DNA of 57,958 nucleotides from a virus. Taxonomy: Duplodnaviria > Heunggongvirae > Uroviricota > Caudoviricetes. Shown here in pieces: positions 43,331 to 52,230 of this stretch; position 1 is the stretch's first letter, and the number at the start of each line of letters is the position of its first letter. The notes beneath the pieces were generated by a model that saw nothing but the letters and a program-made list of their open reading frames with translations, searched no databases and was not told the origin of the DNA. The position numbers were made by a program, and so were the translations under genes. The DNA lies in the IMG/VR virus record IMGVR_UViG_2778261152_000005, positions 1-57,958 of that record; one strand, given 5' to 3'.

Positions 43331-43879
43331 ATGAAAATTAAACTGAACAATGTCCGCCTGGCCTTCCCTGCTCTGTTTGAAGCAAAAACCGTGAACGGCG
43401 AAGGCGACCCGCGCTTCTCTGCTGTTTTCCTGATGGATCCGAAACATCCGCAACTGGATGAAGTCCGCAAAGCGCTTAAGCAGGTGGCGAAGGAAAAATG
43501 GGGTGAGAAGTGGGAAACCATTTACAACCAGCTGGAGAAAAAGCTCAACCTCTGCCTGCATGACGGTGACGAGAAAGCCGAATACGAAGGCTTCCCGGGT
43601 AACTTCTTCCTGAACGCTGCCAACAAAGCGCGCCCGGCGGTTATCGATCGCGACCGTTCTCCGCTAATCCAGGCTGATGGCCGTCCTTACGCCGGTTGCT
43701 ACGTCAACGCGGTGATCGACATCTGGGCGCAGGACAACAACTTCGGCAAACGTGTTAACGCATCGCTGGGTGGAGTCCAGTTCCTGCGCGACGGTGACGC
43801 CTTCGCTGGCGGCGGTGTTGCTGCCCCTGACGACTTCGACGACATCAGTGAAGGCGCTGACGCCGACGCACTTATTTAA
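43331..43879 (+). CDS. DUF2815-type putative ssDNA-binding protein
   Basis: 182 aa beginning MKIKLNNVRLAFPALFEAK… with an acidic C-terminal tail (DDFDDISEGADADALI). It occupies the conserved position between the DUF2800 nuclease and the polymerase. Confidence 0.6.
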   Translation: MKIKLNNVRLAFPALFEAKTVNGEGDPRFSAVFLMDPKHPQLDEVRKALKQVAKEKWGEKWETIYNQLEKKLNLCLHDGDEKAEYEGFPGNFFLNAANKARPAVIDRDRSPLIQADGRPYAGCYVNAVIDIWAQDNNFGKRVNASLGGVQFLRDGDAFAGGGVAAPDDFDDISEGADADALI

Positions 43880-43912
43880 CCCAATCCATCTCTGACTCAC
43901 CTAGGACTGAAT

Positions 43913-44056
43913 ATGGACAATTACACGCTAACTGAAGACCAGGCAATCGCGCTACGAAACTTTATCGGGGAGTACTGGACCGATTTCCTTCAGAGCACCA
44001 GCTTAACAGAAGCGGAAGCCGAAACCCTTTACGAAGCCCTCGGCGGCGAAAACTAA
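43913..44056 (+). CDS. hypothetical small acidic protein (47 aa)
   Basis: [47 protein letters not shown]. It is not in the track because it is under 60 aa. Confidence 0.35.
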   Translation: MDNYTLTEDQAIALRNFIGEYWTDFLQSTSLTEAEAETLYEALGGEN

Positions 44057-44132
44057 TCCACACCCACCCGGCCATGCGCCGGGTGTTTTGCAAAGAGCCT
44101 CCCTTTTCGCAAAGCACCCGCGAGGAATATCT

Positions 44133-46199
44133 ATGCCTGAAACCATTCTCTGGGGCGACCTGGAAACCTATTGCGAGATACCCATCACGAACGGCACGCA
44201 CGCTTATGCGGAAGGTGTCGAAGTGATGTTGTTTGCCTGGGCCATCGGCGACGAGCCGGTTAGCGTCTGGGATCTGATTGCTGGCGAACCTATCCCCAGC
44301 AGGCTGCGGAAGGCCATTGCCGATCCCGACACTCTGCTTTATTTCCACAATTCACATTTTGACCGTACGGTGCTGCGCCATGCAATGCCGGAGCTGGCGC
44401 CGGACGTTACCCGCTGGCACGACACGATGGTGCAGGCGCTGGCGCACAGCCTCCCCGGCGCGCTGGGGGCACTCTGTGAGGTGCTGGGCGTACCGCAGGA
44501 CAAGGCGAAGGACAAAGAAGGTAAAGCACTGATTCAGCTGTTCTGTAAGCCACGTCCGAAGAACAGCAAGCTGCGCCGCGCAACCAGCAAAACGCACCCG
44601 GTAGAGTGGCAGAGGTTCGTTGCCTACGCCGGGCTGGATATCGAGGCGATGCGCGAAGTTTATAAGCGGCTACCGAAGTGGAACTATCAGGGCGCCGAGC
44701 TGGCGTTATGGCATCGTGACCAGCGGATCAACGACCGCGGCGTATGCATGGATGTGCAGCTCGCACAGGCCGCCATCGAAGCGGTAGACCTTGAACAGAA
44801 AAGGCTGGCAAAGCGCACGCAGGTGATGACCGACGGCGAAGTACAGGCGGCCACACAGCGCGATGCGATGATTAAGCACATTGTCGAATCGTACGGCGTC
44901 GAGCTGCCGGATATGCAGCGCAGCACGCTGGAACGTCGCATCGCCGACCCTGACCTGCCGTCACCGGTGAAAGAGCTGCTGGCTATCCGCCTGCAGGCCA
45001 GCACCACGAGCACCAGTAAGTACAAATCGCTGATGAAGGGTATCAGCAGCGACGGGCGTCTGCGCGGTACGCTGCAATTCTGCGGCGCATCGCGTACCGG
45101 GCGCTGGGCCGGGCGGTTATTCCAGCCCCAGAACCTGCCCCGCCCGACGCTTGAGCAGGAACGCATCGATGAAGGCATCGAGGCGCTTAAATCCGGCTGC
45201 GCCGATCTGCTTTTCGATAATGTCATGGAGCTGACCAGTTCGGCGCTGCGCGGTTGCATTATGGCGCCGGCGGGTAAAAAGCTGGTTGTATCTGACCTGT
45301 CGAACATCGAAGGCCGAAAGCTGGCCTGGCTTGCCGGTGAGCAGTGGAAACTTGACGCATTCCGGCAGTACGACGAGGGCACTGGCCCCGACCTTTATAA
45401 GCTGGCCTACGCCAAAGCATTCAACATCACCCCGGAAGAAGTGACCAAATATCAGCGCCAGATAGGCAAGGTGATGGAACTGGGCCTCGGGTTTGGTGGA
45501 GGTGTCGCGGCGTTCCTGACCTTCGCACTGGTTTACGGCCTCGATCTTGAGGAACTGGCAACCGCAGCGCTGCCGAATATCCCGCGCGATGTGCGGCGCG
45601 AGGCTCAGAGCTGGTATGACGAATCGGTTAAACGCAAAGCGACGTATGGGCTATCGGAGCGCGTATTCATCGCTTGCGATTCGCTTAAGCGCCTGTGGCG
45701 CCGGGCACACCCGAAAACCTGCGATTTCTGGTACCAACTCGAGCGCACTGTCCGTGCCGCTATTGTCACCCCTAAGAAAACACTCTATTGCGGCTATCTG
45801 AAAGTGCGCCGCGATGGCGCATGGCTGCGTATCCAGTTGCCGTCCGGGCGCGCACTCTGCTACCCGTCGCCGTCGATTGAGAAAGGAAATATCACCTACA
45901 TGGGGATTAACTCCTACTCGCGGAAATGGCAACGGCTCAAAACCTACGGCGGAAAGCTGGTCGAAAACGTAACACAGGCCGCCGCCCGCGACGTTCTGGC
46001 CGGGAACATGCCGCTGATCGAGGATGCCGGTTACAGCATTGTGCTGACGGTACACGATGAAGTGATCACCGAAGCGCCGGACACTGACGATTTCAACGAT
46101 AAAGCACTCTCCGCGCTGCTCTCCACTAACCCCGAATGGGCGCCCGATATCCCGCTGAACGCTGGCGGCTTCGAGGCGTATCACTACCGTAAGGATTAA
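44133..46199 (+). CDS. family A DNA polymerase with 3'-5' exonuclease domain
   Basis: ExoI is WGDLETY. Motif A is [11 protein letters not shown]. Motif B is [16 protein letters not shown]. Motif C is LTVHDEV. The ATG at 44133 has a GAGGAA SD; the track ORF starts at 44088. Confidence 0.85.
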   Translation: MPETILWGDLETYCEIPITNGTHAYAEGVEVMLFAWAIGDEPVSVWDLIAGEPIPSRLRKAIADPDTLLYFHNSHFDRTVLRHAMPELAPDVTRWHDTMVQALAHSLPGALGALCEVLGVPQDKAKDKEGKALIQLFCKPRPKNSKLRRATSKTHPVEWQRFVAYAGLDIEAMREVYKRLPKWNYQGAELALWHRDQRINDRGVCMDVQLAQAAIEAVDLEQKRLAKRTQVMTDGEVQAATQRDAMIKHIVESYGVELPDMQRSTLERRIADPDLPSPVKELLAIRLQASTTSTSKYKSLMKGISSDGRLRGTLQFCGASRTGRWAGRLFQPQNLPRPTLEQERIDEGIEALKSGCADLLFDNVMELTSSALRGCIMAPAGKKLVVSDLSNIEGRKLAWLAGEQWKLDAFRQYDEGTGPDLYKLAYAKAFNITPEEVTKYQRQIGKVMELGLGFGGGVAAFLTFALVYGLDLEELATAALPNIPRDVRREAQSWYDESVKRKATYGLSERVFIACDSLKRLWRRAHPKTCDFWYQLERTVRAAIVTPKKTLYCGYLKVRRDGAWLRIQLPSGRALCYPSPSIEKGNITYMGINSYSRKWQRLKTYGGKLVENVTQAAARDVLAGNMPLIEDAGYSIVLTVHDEVITEAPDTDDFNDKALSALLSTNPEWAPDIPLNAGGFEAYHYRKD

Positions 46200-46204
46200 T
46201 CGCT

Positions 46205-46417
46205 ATGGCACAAGGTAACGTAGAAAATTTCGCAATCATTGTGTTAGTCAACGGCCGCACATCACAGGTCGAACTAACAACATCGCAAAAACGTTTGTTC
46301 GCAAAGTTAACACTCGGCGCGCTCAACGATAGTGGCCCTCTGAAACTTATGCCAATCGACGACATGGTCCAGTTACAACCCGACACCGAAGCATTTTCAG
46401 ACGGTGATCCGCTATGA
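46205..46417 (+). CDS. hypothetical small protein
   Basis: 70-aa ORF, 5 nt after the polymerase stop, overlapping the next ORF by 4 nt. Confidence 0.5.
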   Translation: MAQGNVENFAIIVLVNGRTSQVELTTSQKRLFAKLTLGALNDSGPLKLMPIDDMVQLQPDTEAFSDGDPL

Positions 46418-46626
46418 AATTCATTTTTATGGTGATGGATAGTCGTGCGCAGTTCGATATCGACAGCGCCGCCATTCTGGAATGCTGCGGCGATAAACAA
46501 CCCACCTGGCGCACTCTGCGCAGAGACTGGGGTGATCAGGGCGCAGTTCTGGTCCGCTTTCGTCTGGTACCAAACACTAACAGCGAAGTCGCTACCGACC
46601 CCGAAGTTGTCGGCACCATCAACTGA
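46414..46626 (+). CDS. hypothetical small protein
   Basis: 70-aa ORF, translationally coupled. Confidence 0.5.
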   Translation: MKFIFMVMDSRAQFDIDSAAILECCGDKQPTWRTLRRDWGDQGAVLVRFRLVPNTNSEVATDPEVVGTIN

Positions 46627-46637
46627 GGTAACCCCCT

Positions 46638-46856
46638 ATGGCATTTAAGTATCGGGACAGTCCGCTTTATTACCGGACTGCGCGGGAGGCTTTGCGCCTT
46701 GAGCAGTCCGGCGAGTATGACCGGGCGGCAAAAGTCTGGGCCAAAGCAAACCGCGAATCACGTAACGAACTGAATCAGGACTGGAGCGAACGCCGGTCTG
46801 ATTTTTGCCTGATGCAGAACATGCGCGAAAAGCGTAAGGCGGTGGACGATGCCTAA
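46638..46856 (+). CDS. hypothetical small protein
   Basis: 72-aa ORF in the operon. Confidence 0.5.
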   Translation: MAFKYRDSPLYYRTAREALRLEQSGEYDRAAKVWAKANRESRNELNQDWSERRSDFCLMQNMREKRKAVDDA

Positions 46857-47043
46857 CATCGACAACAAGGGGTGGGGTTTTCCCGCTCTGTCGAAAAAAG
46901 CGCATTTCTTTAATTCGGGGGAAGCCATATCACTATGCGGTAAATGGATGTTCACCGGCATCAGGATTGATGAATGGCATGAACACCCTGAGAACTGCGC
47001 TACCTGCATGAAGAAACGCAAAAAACAGGAAGGCGAAAAATAA
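46849..47043 (+). CDS. hypothetical small Cys/His-containing protein
   Basis: 64 aa (…SLCGKWMF…HEHPENCATCMKKRKK…), a possible zinc ribbon. It overlaps both neighbours. Confidence 0.5.
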   Translation: MPNIDNKGWGFPALSKKAHFFNSGEAISLCGKWMFTGIRIDEWHEHPENCATCMKKRKKQEGEK

Positions 47044-47312
47044 TGGCTTACGAACGTGAAAGCCTCATCGAAAAGCACCTCGTCGCCGAAGTGAAAAAGT
47101 CTGGCGGGGTCGCCTTTAAGTTCGTTTCACCCGGTCGCCGCTCGGTACCGGATCGCATTGTCCTGCTACCCGGCGGCCGCCTCGTTTTCGTTGAATGCAA
47201 AGCACCCGGCAAAGCACCACGCGCCGACCAGCTGCGCGAGCACGAACGATTGCGCGCGCTGGGCTTTACCGTGGTGGTGTTGGATAGCAAAAATCTGGAG
47301 GGGATATTGTGA
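47043..47312 (+). CDS. VRR-NUC domain nuclease
   Basis: 89 aa with …GGVAFKFVSPGRRSVPDRIVLLPGGRLVFVECKAPGKAPRADQLREHERLRALG…, a D…ExK core typical of VRR-NUC. Confidence 0.75.
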   Translation: MAYERESLIEKHLVAEVKKSGGVAFKFVSPGRRSVPDRIVLLPGGRLVFVECKAPGKAPRADQLREHERLRALGFTVVVLDSKNLEGIL

Positions 47313-47815
47313 ATCTTCCGGCCATTCTCGACATGTGCTGCGGTTCTCGTATGTTTTGGTTTAACAAAAGCGACCCGCGCGCCGTGTATTTGGATGCCCG
47401 TAGCGAGTCACACGTGCTTTGCGATAACAGGAAGTTGGAGATTCGCCCGGACGTACTCGGTGATTTCAGACAGTTGCCATTTGCCGACGGTCAATTTTTA
47501 CAGGTGATATACGATCCCCCTCATCTGCGCCGCGCCGGGCCTAACGGCTGGATGCGAAAAAAGTATGGCCAGTTGGATAAAGAGAACTGGCGTGAAGATC
47601 TTCGCGCAGGATTCGCAGAAGCATTTCGCGTGCTGGCACCCGGCGGCACGTTAATTTTCAAATGGAATGCTACGCAGATCCCTGTCCGCCAAATTATAGA
47701 ATTAACCGACCAGCAACCTACTATCTGGCAACGCACTGGCAAAGCAGATAAAACCCACTGGATAGTATTTTTAAAAGCCGTAGAGGGGTACCAGAACGGA
47801 TATGACCTCATCTAA
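47309..47815 (+). CDS. SAM-dependent (DNA) methyltransferase
   Basis: 168 aa. The motif I-like sequence is ILDMCCGS. The motif IV is DPPH. The target base is not deducible. Confidence 0.6.
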   Translation: MNLPAILDMCCGSRMFWFNKSDPRAVYLDARSESHVLCDNRKLEIRPDVLGDFRQLPFADGQFLQVIYDPPHLRRAGPNGWMRKKYGQLDKENWREDLRAGFAEAFRVLAPGGTLIFKWNATQIPVRQIIELTDQQPTIWQRTGKADKTHWIVFLKAVEGYQNGYDLI

Positions 47816-49202
47816 AATTTTCACCCCCCGCCCTTATCAAGACCTCATCATCAACCACGAAATCGACATCCTGCGCTGCAACATCTGGGCGGGCATGGGC
47901 ATGGGTAAAACCGTGGCGACGCTCACCACGCTGGAAGATCTCTTTATGGCGGGCGCAGAGACTCAGCCCGCGCTGGTTCTCGCGCCGCTGCGCGTGGCGG
48001 CCAGCACCTGGCCGGATGAAGCGGTTAAATGGGGGCATCTGCGCAATATCGAGGTACAGCCGATTGTTGGTAATGCCAAAGCGCGCGCGGCAGCGCTGGC
48101 GAACAGCAACGCCAGCGTGTTTACCATCAACTACGACAATCTGGTCTGGCTGGTGGAAGAACTGGGCGGCCGCTGGCCGTTCGGTACCGTTATCCCCGAC
48201 GAAAGCACCCGGCTGAAATCCTTCCGGCTGCGCGGTGGCGGTAAGCGCGCGGCGGCGCTGGGCAAAGTGGCACATAAACATATCCGACGCTGGATGAATC
48301 TCACTGGTACGCCAGCGCCAAACGGCCTGGTGGATTTGTGGGGGCAGGCGTGGTTTGTGGATCAGGGGCAGCGCCTCGGGCGAACTTACGGCGCGTTTAC
48401 CTCCCGCTGGTTCAACTCAATACAGTTTCCGGGGCAGAGCTGGACGAAGCTGGAACCGTTCACCCATTCGCAGGACGAAATACAGCGGGCACTGGCCGAC
48501 GTCACTATCTCCCTGGACGCCGCCGACTGGTTCGATATCAAAGAGCCTATCCATAACGTGATCCGCGTAGACATGCCGCCGAAGGCTCGCCAGCAGTATC
48601 GTGAAATGGAAAAGGAAATGTTCCTCGAGCTGAACGGCGAAGGCATCGAAGCGCCTAACGCCGCGGCAAAAACGGTGAAGTGTCTGCAAATCGCCAGCGG
48701 CGCGGTGTACACCGACGACGCCGGGAGCTGGTCAGAACTGCACGACGCGAAGCTGCAGGCGCTGGACAGTATTCTCACCGAAGCAGCTGGCGCGCCGGTA
48801 CTGGTGGCCTACCACTGGAAACACGACCTCGAGCGTTTGCTTAAAGCATTCCCTCGCGGTCGCCACCTCGACCAGGATCCACAGACGCTGCGCGACTGGA
48901 ACGCCGGAAAGATACCGGTTCTGTTCGCACACCCGGCCAGCGCAGGCCACGGCCTGAATATGCAGGACGGTGGCAACATATTGGTGTTTTTCTCGCACTG
49001 GTGGGACCTGGAACAGTACCAGCAAATTATCGAACGCATCGGTCCAACCCGGCAGATTCAGGCCGGACACAACCGCCCGGTGTTCATTCACCACATTATC
49101 GTCGCCGACACTATGGACGAAATGGTGATGGAACGCCGCAACTCAAAACGAACAGTGCAGGACATCCTGCTCGATGCCATGAAAAAGAGAGGTATAGCAT
49201 GA
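47802..49202 (+). CDS. SNF2/DEAD-like superfamily 2 helicase
   Basis: 466 aa. Walker A is AGMGMGKT. Motif II is IPDESTRLK. The C-terminal helicase lobe contains …HPASAGHGLNMQ…. Confidence 0.8.
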   Translation: MTSSKIFTPRPYQDLIINHEIDILRCNIWAGMGMGKTVATLTTLEDLFMAGAETQPALVLAPLRVAASTWPDEAVKWGHLRNIEVQPIVGNAKARAAALANSNASVFTINYDNLVWLVEELGGRWPFGTVIPDESTRLKSFRLRGGGKRAAALGKVAHKHIRRWMNLTGTPAPNGLVDLWGQAWFVDQGQRLGRTYGAFTSRWFNSIQFPGQSWTKLEPFTHSQDEIQRALADVTISLDAADWFDIKEPIHNVIRVDMPPKARQQYREMEKEMFLELNGEGIEAPNAAAKTVKCLQIASGAVYTDDAGSWSELHDAKLQALDSILTEAAGAPVLVAYHWKHDLERLLKAFPRGRHLDQDPQTLRDWNAGKIPVLFAHPASAGHGLNMQDGGNILVFFSHWWDLEQYQQIIERIGPTRQIQAGHNRPVFIHHIIVADTMDEMVMERRNSKRTVQDILLDAMKKRGIA

Positions 49203-49387
49203 CACCGGTTATCTCTGACACTGACCTGATTAACATCAAAGAGGTTGAGCGCTCTGTTGGCCTGAAAAAATCCAGCATTTATGAGCGCATCAGTAATAAC
49301 GAGTTTCCGAAGCCTAAGAAGCTCGGGAGCCGAACCTCCCGCTGGGTACGCGGCGAGGTCGAAGAGTGGAAAAAACAGTTTCTTTAA
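49199..49387 (+). CDS. AlpA-family HTH protein (excisionase/regulator)
   Basis: 62 aa: MTPVISDTDLINIKEVERSVGLKKSSIYERISNNEFPKPKKLGSRTSRWVRGEVEEWKKQ. An ATGA overlap joins it to the helicase stop. It is convergent with the integrase. Confidence 0.75.
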   Translation: MTPVISDTDLINIKEVERSVGLKKSSIYERISNNEFPKPKKLGSRTSRWVRGEVEEWKKQFL

Positions 49388-50556
49388 ATCAAACGAAGCT
49401 GGTCAATATAATCCGCATACCACTGCATCATTTCCCGACGCCCTTCCATATACAGGGCATGGTTATAAACCCCGCGTATATTGTTCTTGTCCACGTGGGC
49501 GATCTGGAGTTCAACCCAGTCAGAGTTGAATCCTTTATCGTTCAGGATAGTGCTGAACGTATGCCGGAAGCCATGCCCTACTACCCTCCCCTTATACCCC
49601 AGCGTGTGGATCATCCTGTTTATTGTGTTCTCGCTCATGACCTTTGACGGGTCATTCCTGCCGGGGAACATATTCACGTATCGACCTGTCAGCCCGTGCA
49701 GTTCTTTTAGCAAGACGACAAGCTGATCGGAAAGAGGTACCAGGTGCGGGCGGTCCATCTTCATAAATTCGGCGGGTATCTCCCACAGCCGATTATCGAA
49801 ATCTACCCATTCCCATTTTGAATGCCGCAGTTCGTAAGTACGCAGCCCCGCCAGCATCATGATCTGCAACCCCAGCCGGGGCAGCGGGCTCCCCTTGTAA
49901 CTCTCAAGCGCCGCGAGAAAATCAGGCAGTTCCTCCGCCGTCAGGAACGGGAAGGACTCTCCTTTATGCCCGGTCATTGCGCTATTCAGTTCGCTGACGG
50001 GGTTATACTTCGCGCGCCCAGTCGCAACTGCATAGCTGAATACTTCACCGCACCACCGGCGCGTTTTGGCTGCTTTCTCGGTTGCGCCGCGATTCTCAAT
50101 TTTGCGCAGTGCCCTCAGCATCTGGACAGGCTCGATTTCAGCAACTGGCAGCTTACCCACCGCTGGGAAAATATCTTTGTTGAATGCTTCGAGAATGTCA
50201 GAGGCATAGCCAGGCGACCAGCGCGGCTTCTTGAATTCATGCCATTCTATCGCGATCTCTTTTAACGTGATCGTCTTTACTGCCGCAGCTGCGGCATGGC
50301 TTTTGACTTTTACCGGGTCAACACCTGCCGCAACGTTACGCCGGGCCTCGTCGCGTTTTTCGCGAGCGGCCGCCAGCGAAACAGCCGGGTATACCCCGAG
50401 CGCCAGCATCTTTTCTTTACCGGCGAAAGTATAGCGATAGCGCCAGTATTTTGCCCCGCTGGTTTTCACCAGCAGGATAAGCCCGTTGCCGTCTGGCAGC
50501 TTATAGTCTTTCTCGGCAGGCTTTGCCGTCTCGACCTGTCGCGCGTTTAGTTTCAT
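49384..50556 (-). CDS. P4-type tyrosine integrase of prophage B
   Basis: 390 aa from the ATG at 50556. It begins MKLNARQVETAKPAEKDYKLPDGNGLILLVKTSGAKYWRYRY…, the DUF4102-type arm-binding N-terminus. The catalytic signature is HGFRHTFST…QIAH…Y. The track ORF extends to 50646. Confidence 0.9.
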   Translation of the reverse strand: MKLNARQVETAKPAEKDYKLPDGNGLILLVKTSGAKYWRYRYTFAGKEKMLALGVYPAVSLAAAREKRDEARRNVAAGVDPVKVKSHAAAAAVKTITLKEIAIEWHEFKKPRWSPGYASDILEAFNKDIFPAVGKLPVAEIEPVQMLRALRKIENRGATEKAAKTRRWCGEVFSYAVATGRAKYNPVSELNSAMTGHKGESFPFLTAEELPDFLAALESYKGSPLPRLGLQIMMLAGLRTYELRHSKWEWVDFDNRLWEIPAEFMKMDRPHLVPLSDQLVVLLKELHGLTGRYVNMFPGRNDPSKVMSENTINRMIHTLGYKGRVVGHGFRHTFSTILNDKGFNSDWVELQIAHVDKNNIRGVYNHALYMEGRREMMQWYADYIDQLRLI

Positions 50557-50557
50557 A

Positions 50558-50601
50558 GGTACCCGCCTCAAACTCAGATACCCGATTATGTACCCGTTTT
50601 T
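50558..50601 (+). promoter_or_regulatory. arm-type integrase binding repeats (right arm) / int promoter region
   Basis: ggtacccgcc…gatacccgattatgtacccgttttt carries three (g/a)tacccg copies. It matches 15615-15638. Confidence 0.5.
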
Positions 50602-50709
50602 AATTTGGATTGCAACGGCAAAAGGTGGATTATGGCGGACAAACAAAACGCCTAATATGGCGAATTTAAAGGAAAAATGGAGGACTAAGGATGTTAGCGG
50701 ATTAAAAAA

Positions 50710-50755
50710 TGGTGCCGATAATAGGAGTCGAACCTACGACCTTCGCATTACGAAT
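50710..50755 (-). pseudogene. thrW: thrW tRNA-Thr(CGU) 3' fragment, 46 nt from the anticodon loop to CCA (att copy 3)
   Basis: tggtgccgataataggagtcgaacctacgaccttcgcattacgaat is the reverse complement of thrW from …ATTCGTAATG… to …GGCACCA. The match ends in the anticodon stem, and the D-arm and 5' acceptor are absent. Confidence 0.85.
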
Positions 50756-50975
50756 TATAAGAATCCGCTTCTAATTCAAAGCATTACCCCATCAACACTG
50801 CGCTCACACGTCCCACCACATCAAAACATGTAAAGCCTTGCAAGCCATTGTGAGGCCTTATGTGTCTCAGTTTTGTCCCACTACGACCTGCACAGAAAAT
50901 AAGAAAATAGCGGTGATATCAAACAGTACAGAAGTCTTTTTTCTTTCAAATGGAGAAACTGATTAACCCGTTTAA

Positions 50976-51149
50976 TTGTACTCCTCATGGGCAATCAGCA
51001 GTCCTCAGAGTAATGGAATGGCAGAAAGGTTCGTGAAAACGATGAAGGAAGACTACATCGCGTTCATGCCGAAACCGAATGTAAGAACGGCATTGCATAA
51101 TCTTGCAGTGGCGATCGAACATTACAATGAAAACCATCCGCACAGTGCG
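50976..51149 (+). pseudogene. C-terminal fragment of an rve (DDE integrase-core) transposase, IS3-family-like, cut by IS1
   Basis: …[20 protein letters not shown]…[10 protein letters not shown] is the conserved rve C-terminal region. There is no N-terminal part upstream. The ORF runs directly into the IS1 end at 51150. Confidence 0.6.
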
Positions 51150-51204
51150 GGTAATGCTGCCAACTTACTGATTTAGTGTATGATGGTGATTTTAAGGTGC
51201 TTGC

Positions 51205-51480
51205 GTGGCTTCCATTTCCATCAGATGTCCTTCCTGCTCCGCTACTGAAGGCGTGGTGCGTAACGGCAAAAGCACTGCCGGACATCAGCGCTATCTCTGC
51301 TCTCATTGCCGTAAAACATGGCAACTACAGTTCACTTACACCGCCTCTCAGCCCGGTAAGCACCAGAAAATCATTGATATGGCCATGAATGGCGTCGGAT
51401 GTCGCGCCAGTGCACGCATTATGGGCGTTGGCCTCAACACGGTTTTACGTCACTTAAAAAACTCAGGCCGCAGTCGGTAA
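51205..51480 (+). CDS. insA: IS1 InsA
   Basis: 91 aa: [43 protein letters not shown]… (zinc finger plus HTH). Confidence 0.95.
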   Translation: MASISIRCPSCSATEGVVRNGKSTAGHQRYLCSHCRKTWQLQFTYTASQPGKHQKIIDMAMNGVGCRASARIMGVGLNTVLRHLKNSGRSR

Positions 51481-51902
51481 CCTCGCGCATACAACCGGGC
51501 AGTGATGTGATTGTCTGCGCTGAAATGGACGAACAGTGGGGCTACGTCGGTGCTAAATCACGTCAGCGCTGGCTGTTTTACGCGTATGACAGGATACGGA
51601 GGACGGTTGTGGCGCACGTCTTCGGTGAACGCACTCTGGCCACACTGGAGCGTCTTCTGAGCCTGCTGTCGGCCTTTGAGGTCGTGGTATGGATGACGGA
51701 TGGCTGGCCGCTGTATGAATCACGCCTGAAGGGAAAGCTGCACGTTATCAGCAAGCGTTATACTCAGCGCATTGAGCGACATAATCTGAATCTGAGACAA
51801 CATCTGGCAAGGCTGGGACGGAAGTCACTGTCGTTCTCAAAATCGGTGGAGTTGCATGACAAGGTCATCGGGCATTATCTGAACATAAAACACTATCAGT
51901 AA
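51399..51902 (+). CDS. insB: IS1 InsB' frame (expressed as InsAB' transposase by -1 frameshift at aaaaaac, 51456-51462)
   Basis: The 167-aa frame contains …[26 protein letters not shown]…[10 protein letters not shown]…, the DDE region. Confidence 0.95.
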   Translation: MSRQCTHYGRWPQHGFTSLKKLRPQSVTSRIQPGSDVIVCAEMDEQWGYVGAKSRQRWLFYAYDRIRRTVVAHVFGERTLATLERLLSLLSAFEVVVWMTDGWPLYESRLKGKLHVISKRYTQRIERHNLNLRQHLARLGRKSLSFSKSVELHDKVIGHYLNIKHYQ

Positions 51903-52230
51903 GTTGGAGTCATTACCGTACTCTCCTTGGAGTATGAAGACGTTACTCACTTTAAGATTAGCATCCTCAAACCACTGTGAATTTGCTCCCATACGGAAAG
52001 AGGTGACTCAGACCTACAAAAATTTGTCAGGCCCGAAGGGTATCTTGCGCCAGCATAAAATACTGGATATAACCTAACTATTCATTTTAGCAATAGCCAT
52101 TGCTTACGAGAGCTAGCTAATCTACGTAAATGCTAGGCATAACAGTGTCTTTAAAAGATATAGGTGGAATAAGTTCTGAAGTATGAGTGCTCTTCTTTTT
52201 CATCTATTCGTAATCAAAATGTGGATGTGA

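Larger units (their letters stand above)
15535..50755. mobile_element. Prophage B: ~35-kb temperate podovirus with a T7/BPP-1-like virion module, integrated at the thrW 3' end
   Basis: Flanked by thrW 3'-end copies that share the 21-nt core aatggtgccgataataggagt. A P4-type integrase and matching arm-type repeats lie at both ends. It has complete lysis, virion, immunity and replication modules. It is markedly more GC-rich than element A. Confidence 0.85.
51150..51917 (+). mobile_element. IS1 insertion sequence, complete (768 bp)
   Basis: The ends are ggtaatgctgccaacttactgat… and …atcagtaagttggagtcattacc, imperfect terminal inverted repeats. It has insA, insB' and the A6C slippery site. No 8-9-bp target duplication is present (cacagtgcg versus gtactctcc). 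Confidence 0.95.

Noticed and set aside
15535-50755. Diversity-generating retroelement or retron, considered because the virion module resembles BPP-1-like phages
   Set aside because: No reverse-transcriptase-like ORF (YxDD motif) and no template/variable repeat pair were seen near the tailspike or elsewhere in the window.
51918-52230. Possible IS terminal inverted repeat (tgaatttgctcccatacgg) downstream of IS1
   Set aside because: It only loosely resembles IS2-type ends as I remember them, and its orientation does not fit the transposase fragment. I cannot support it without an alignment.
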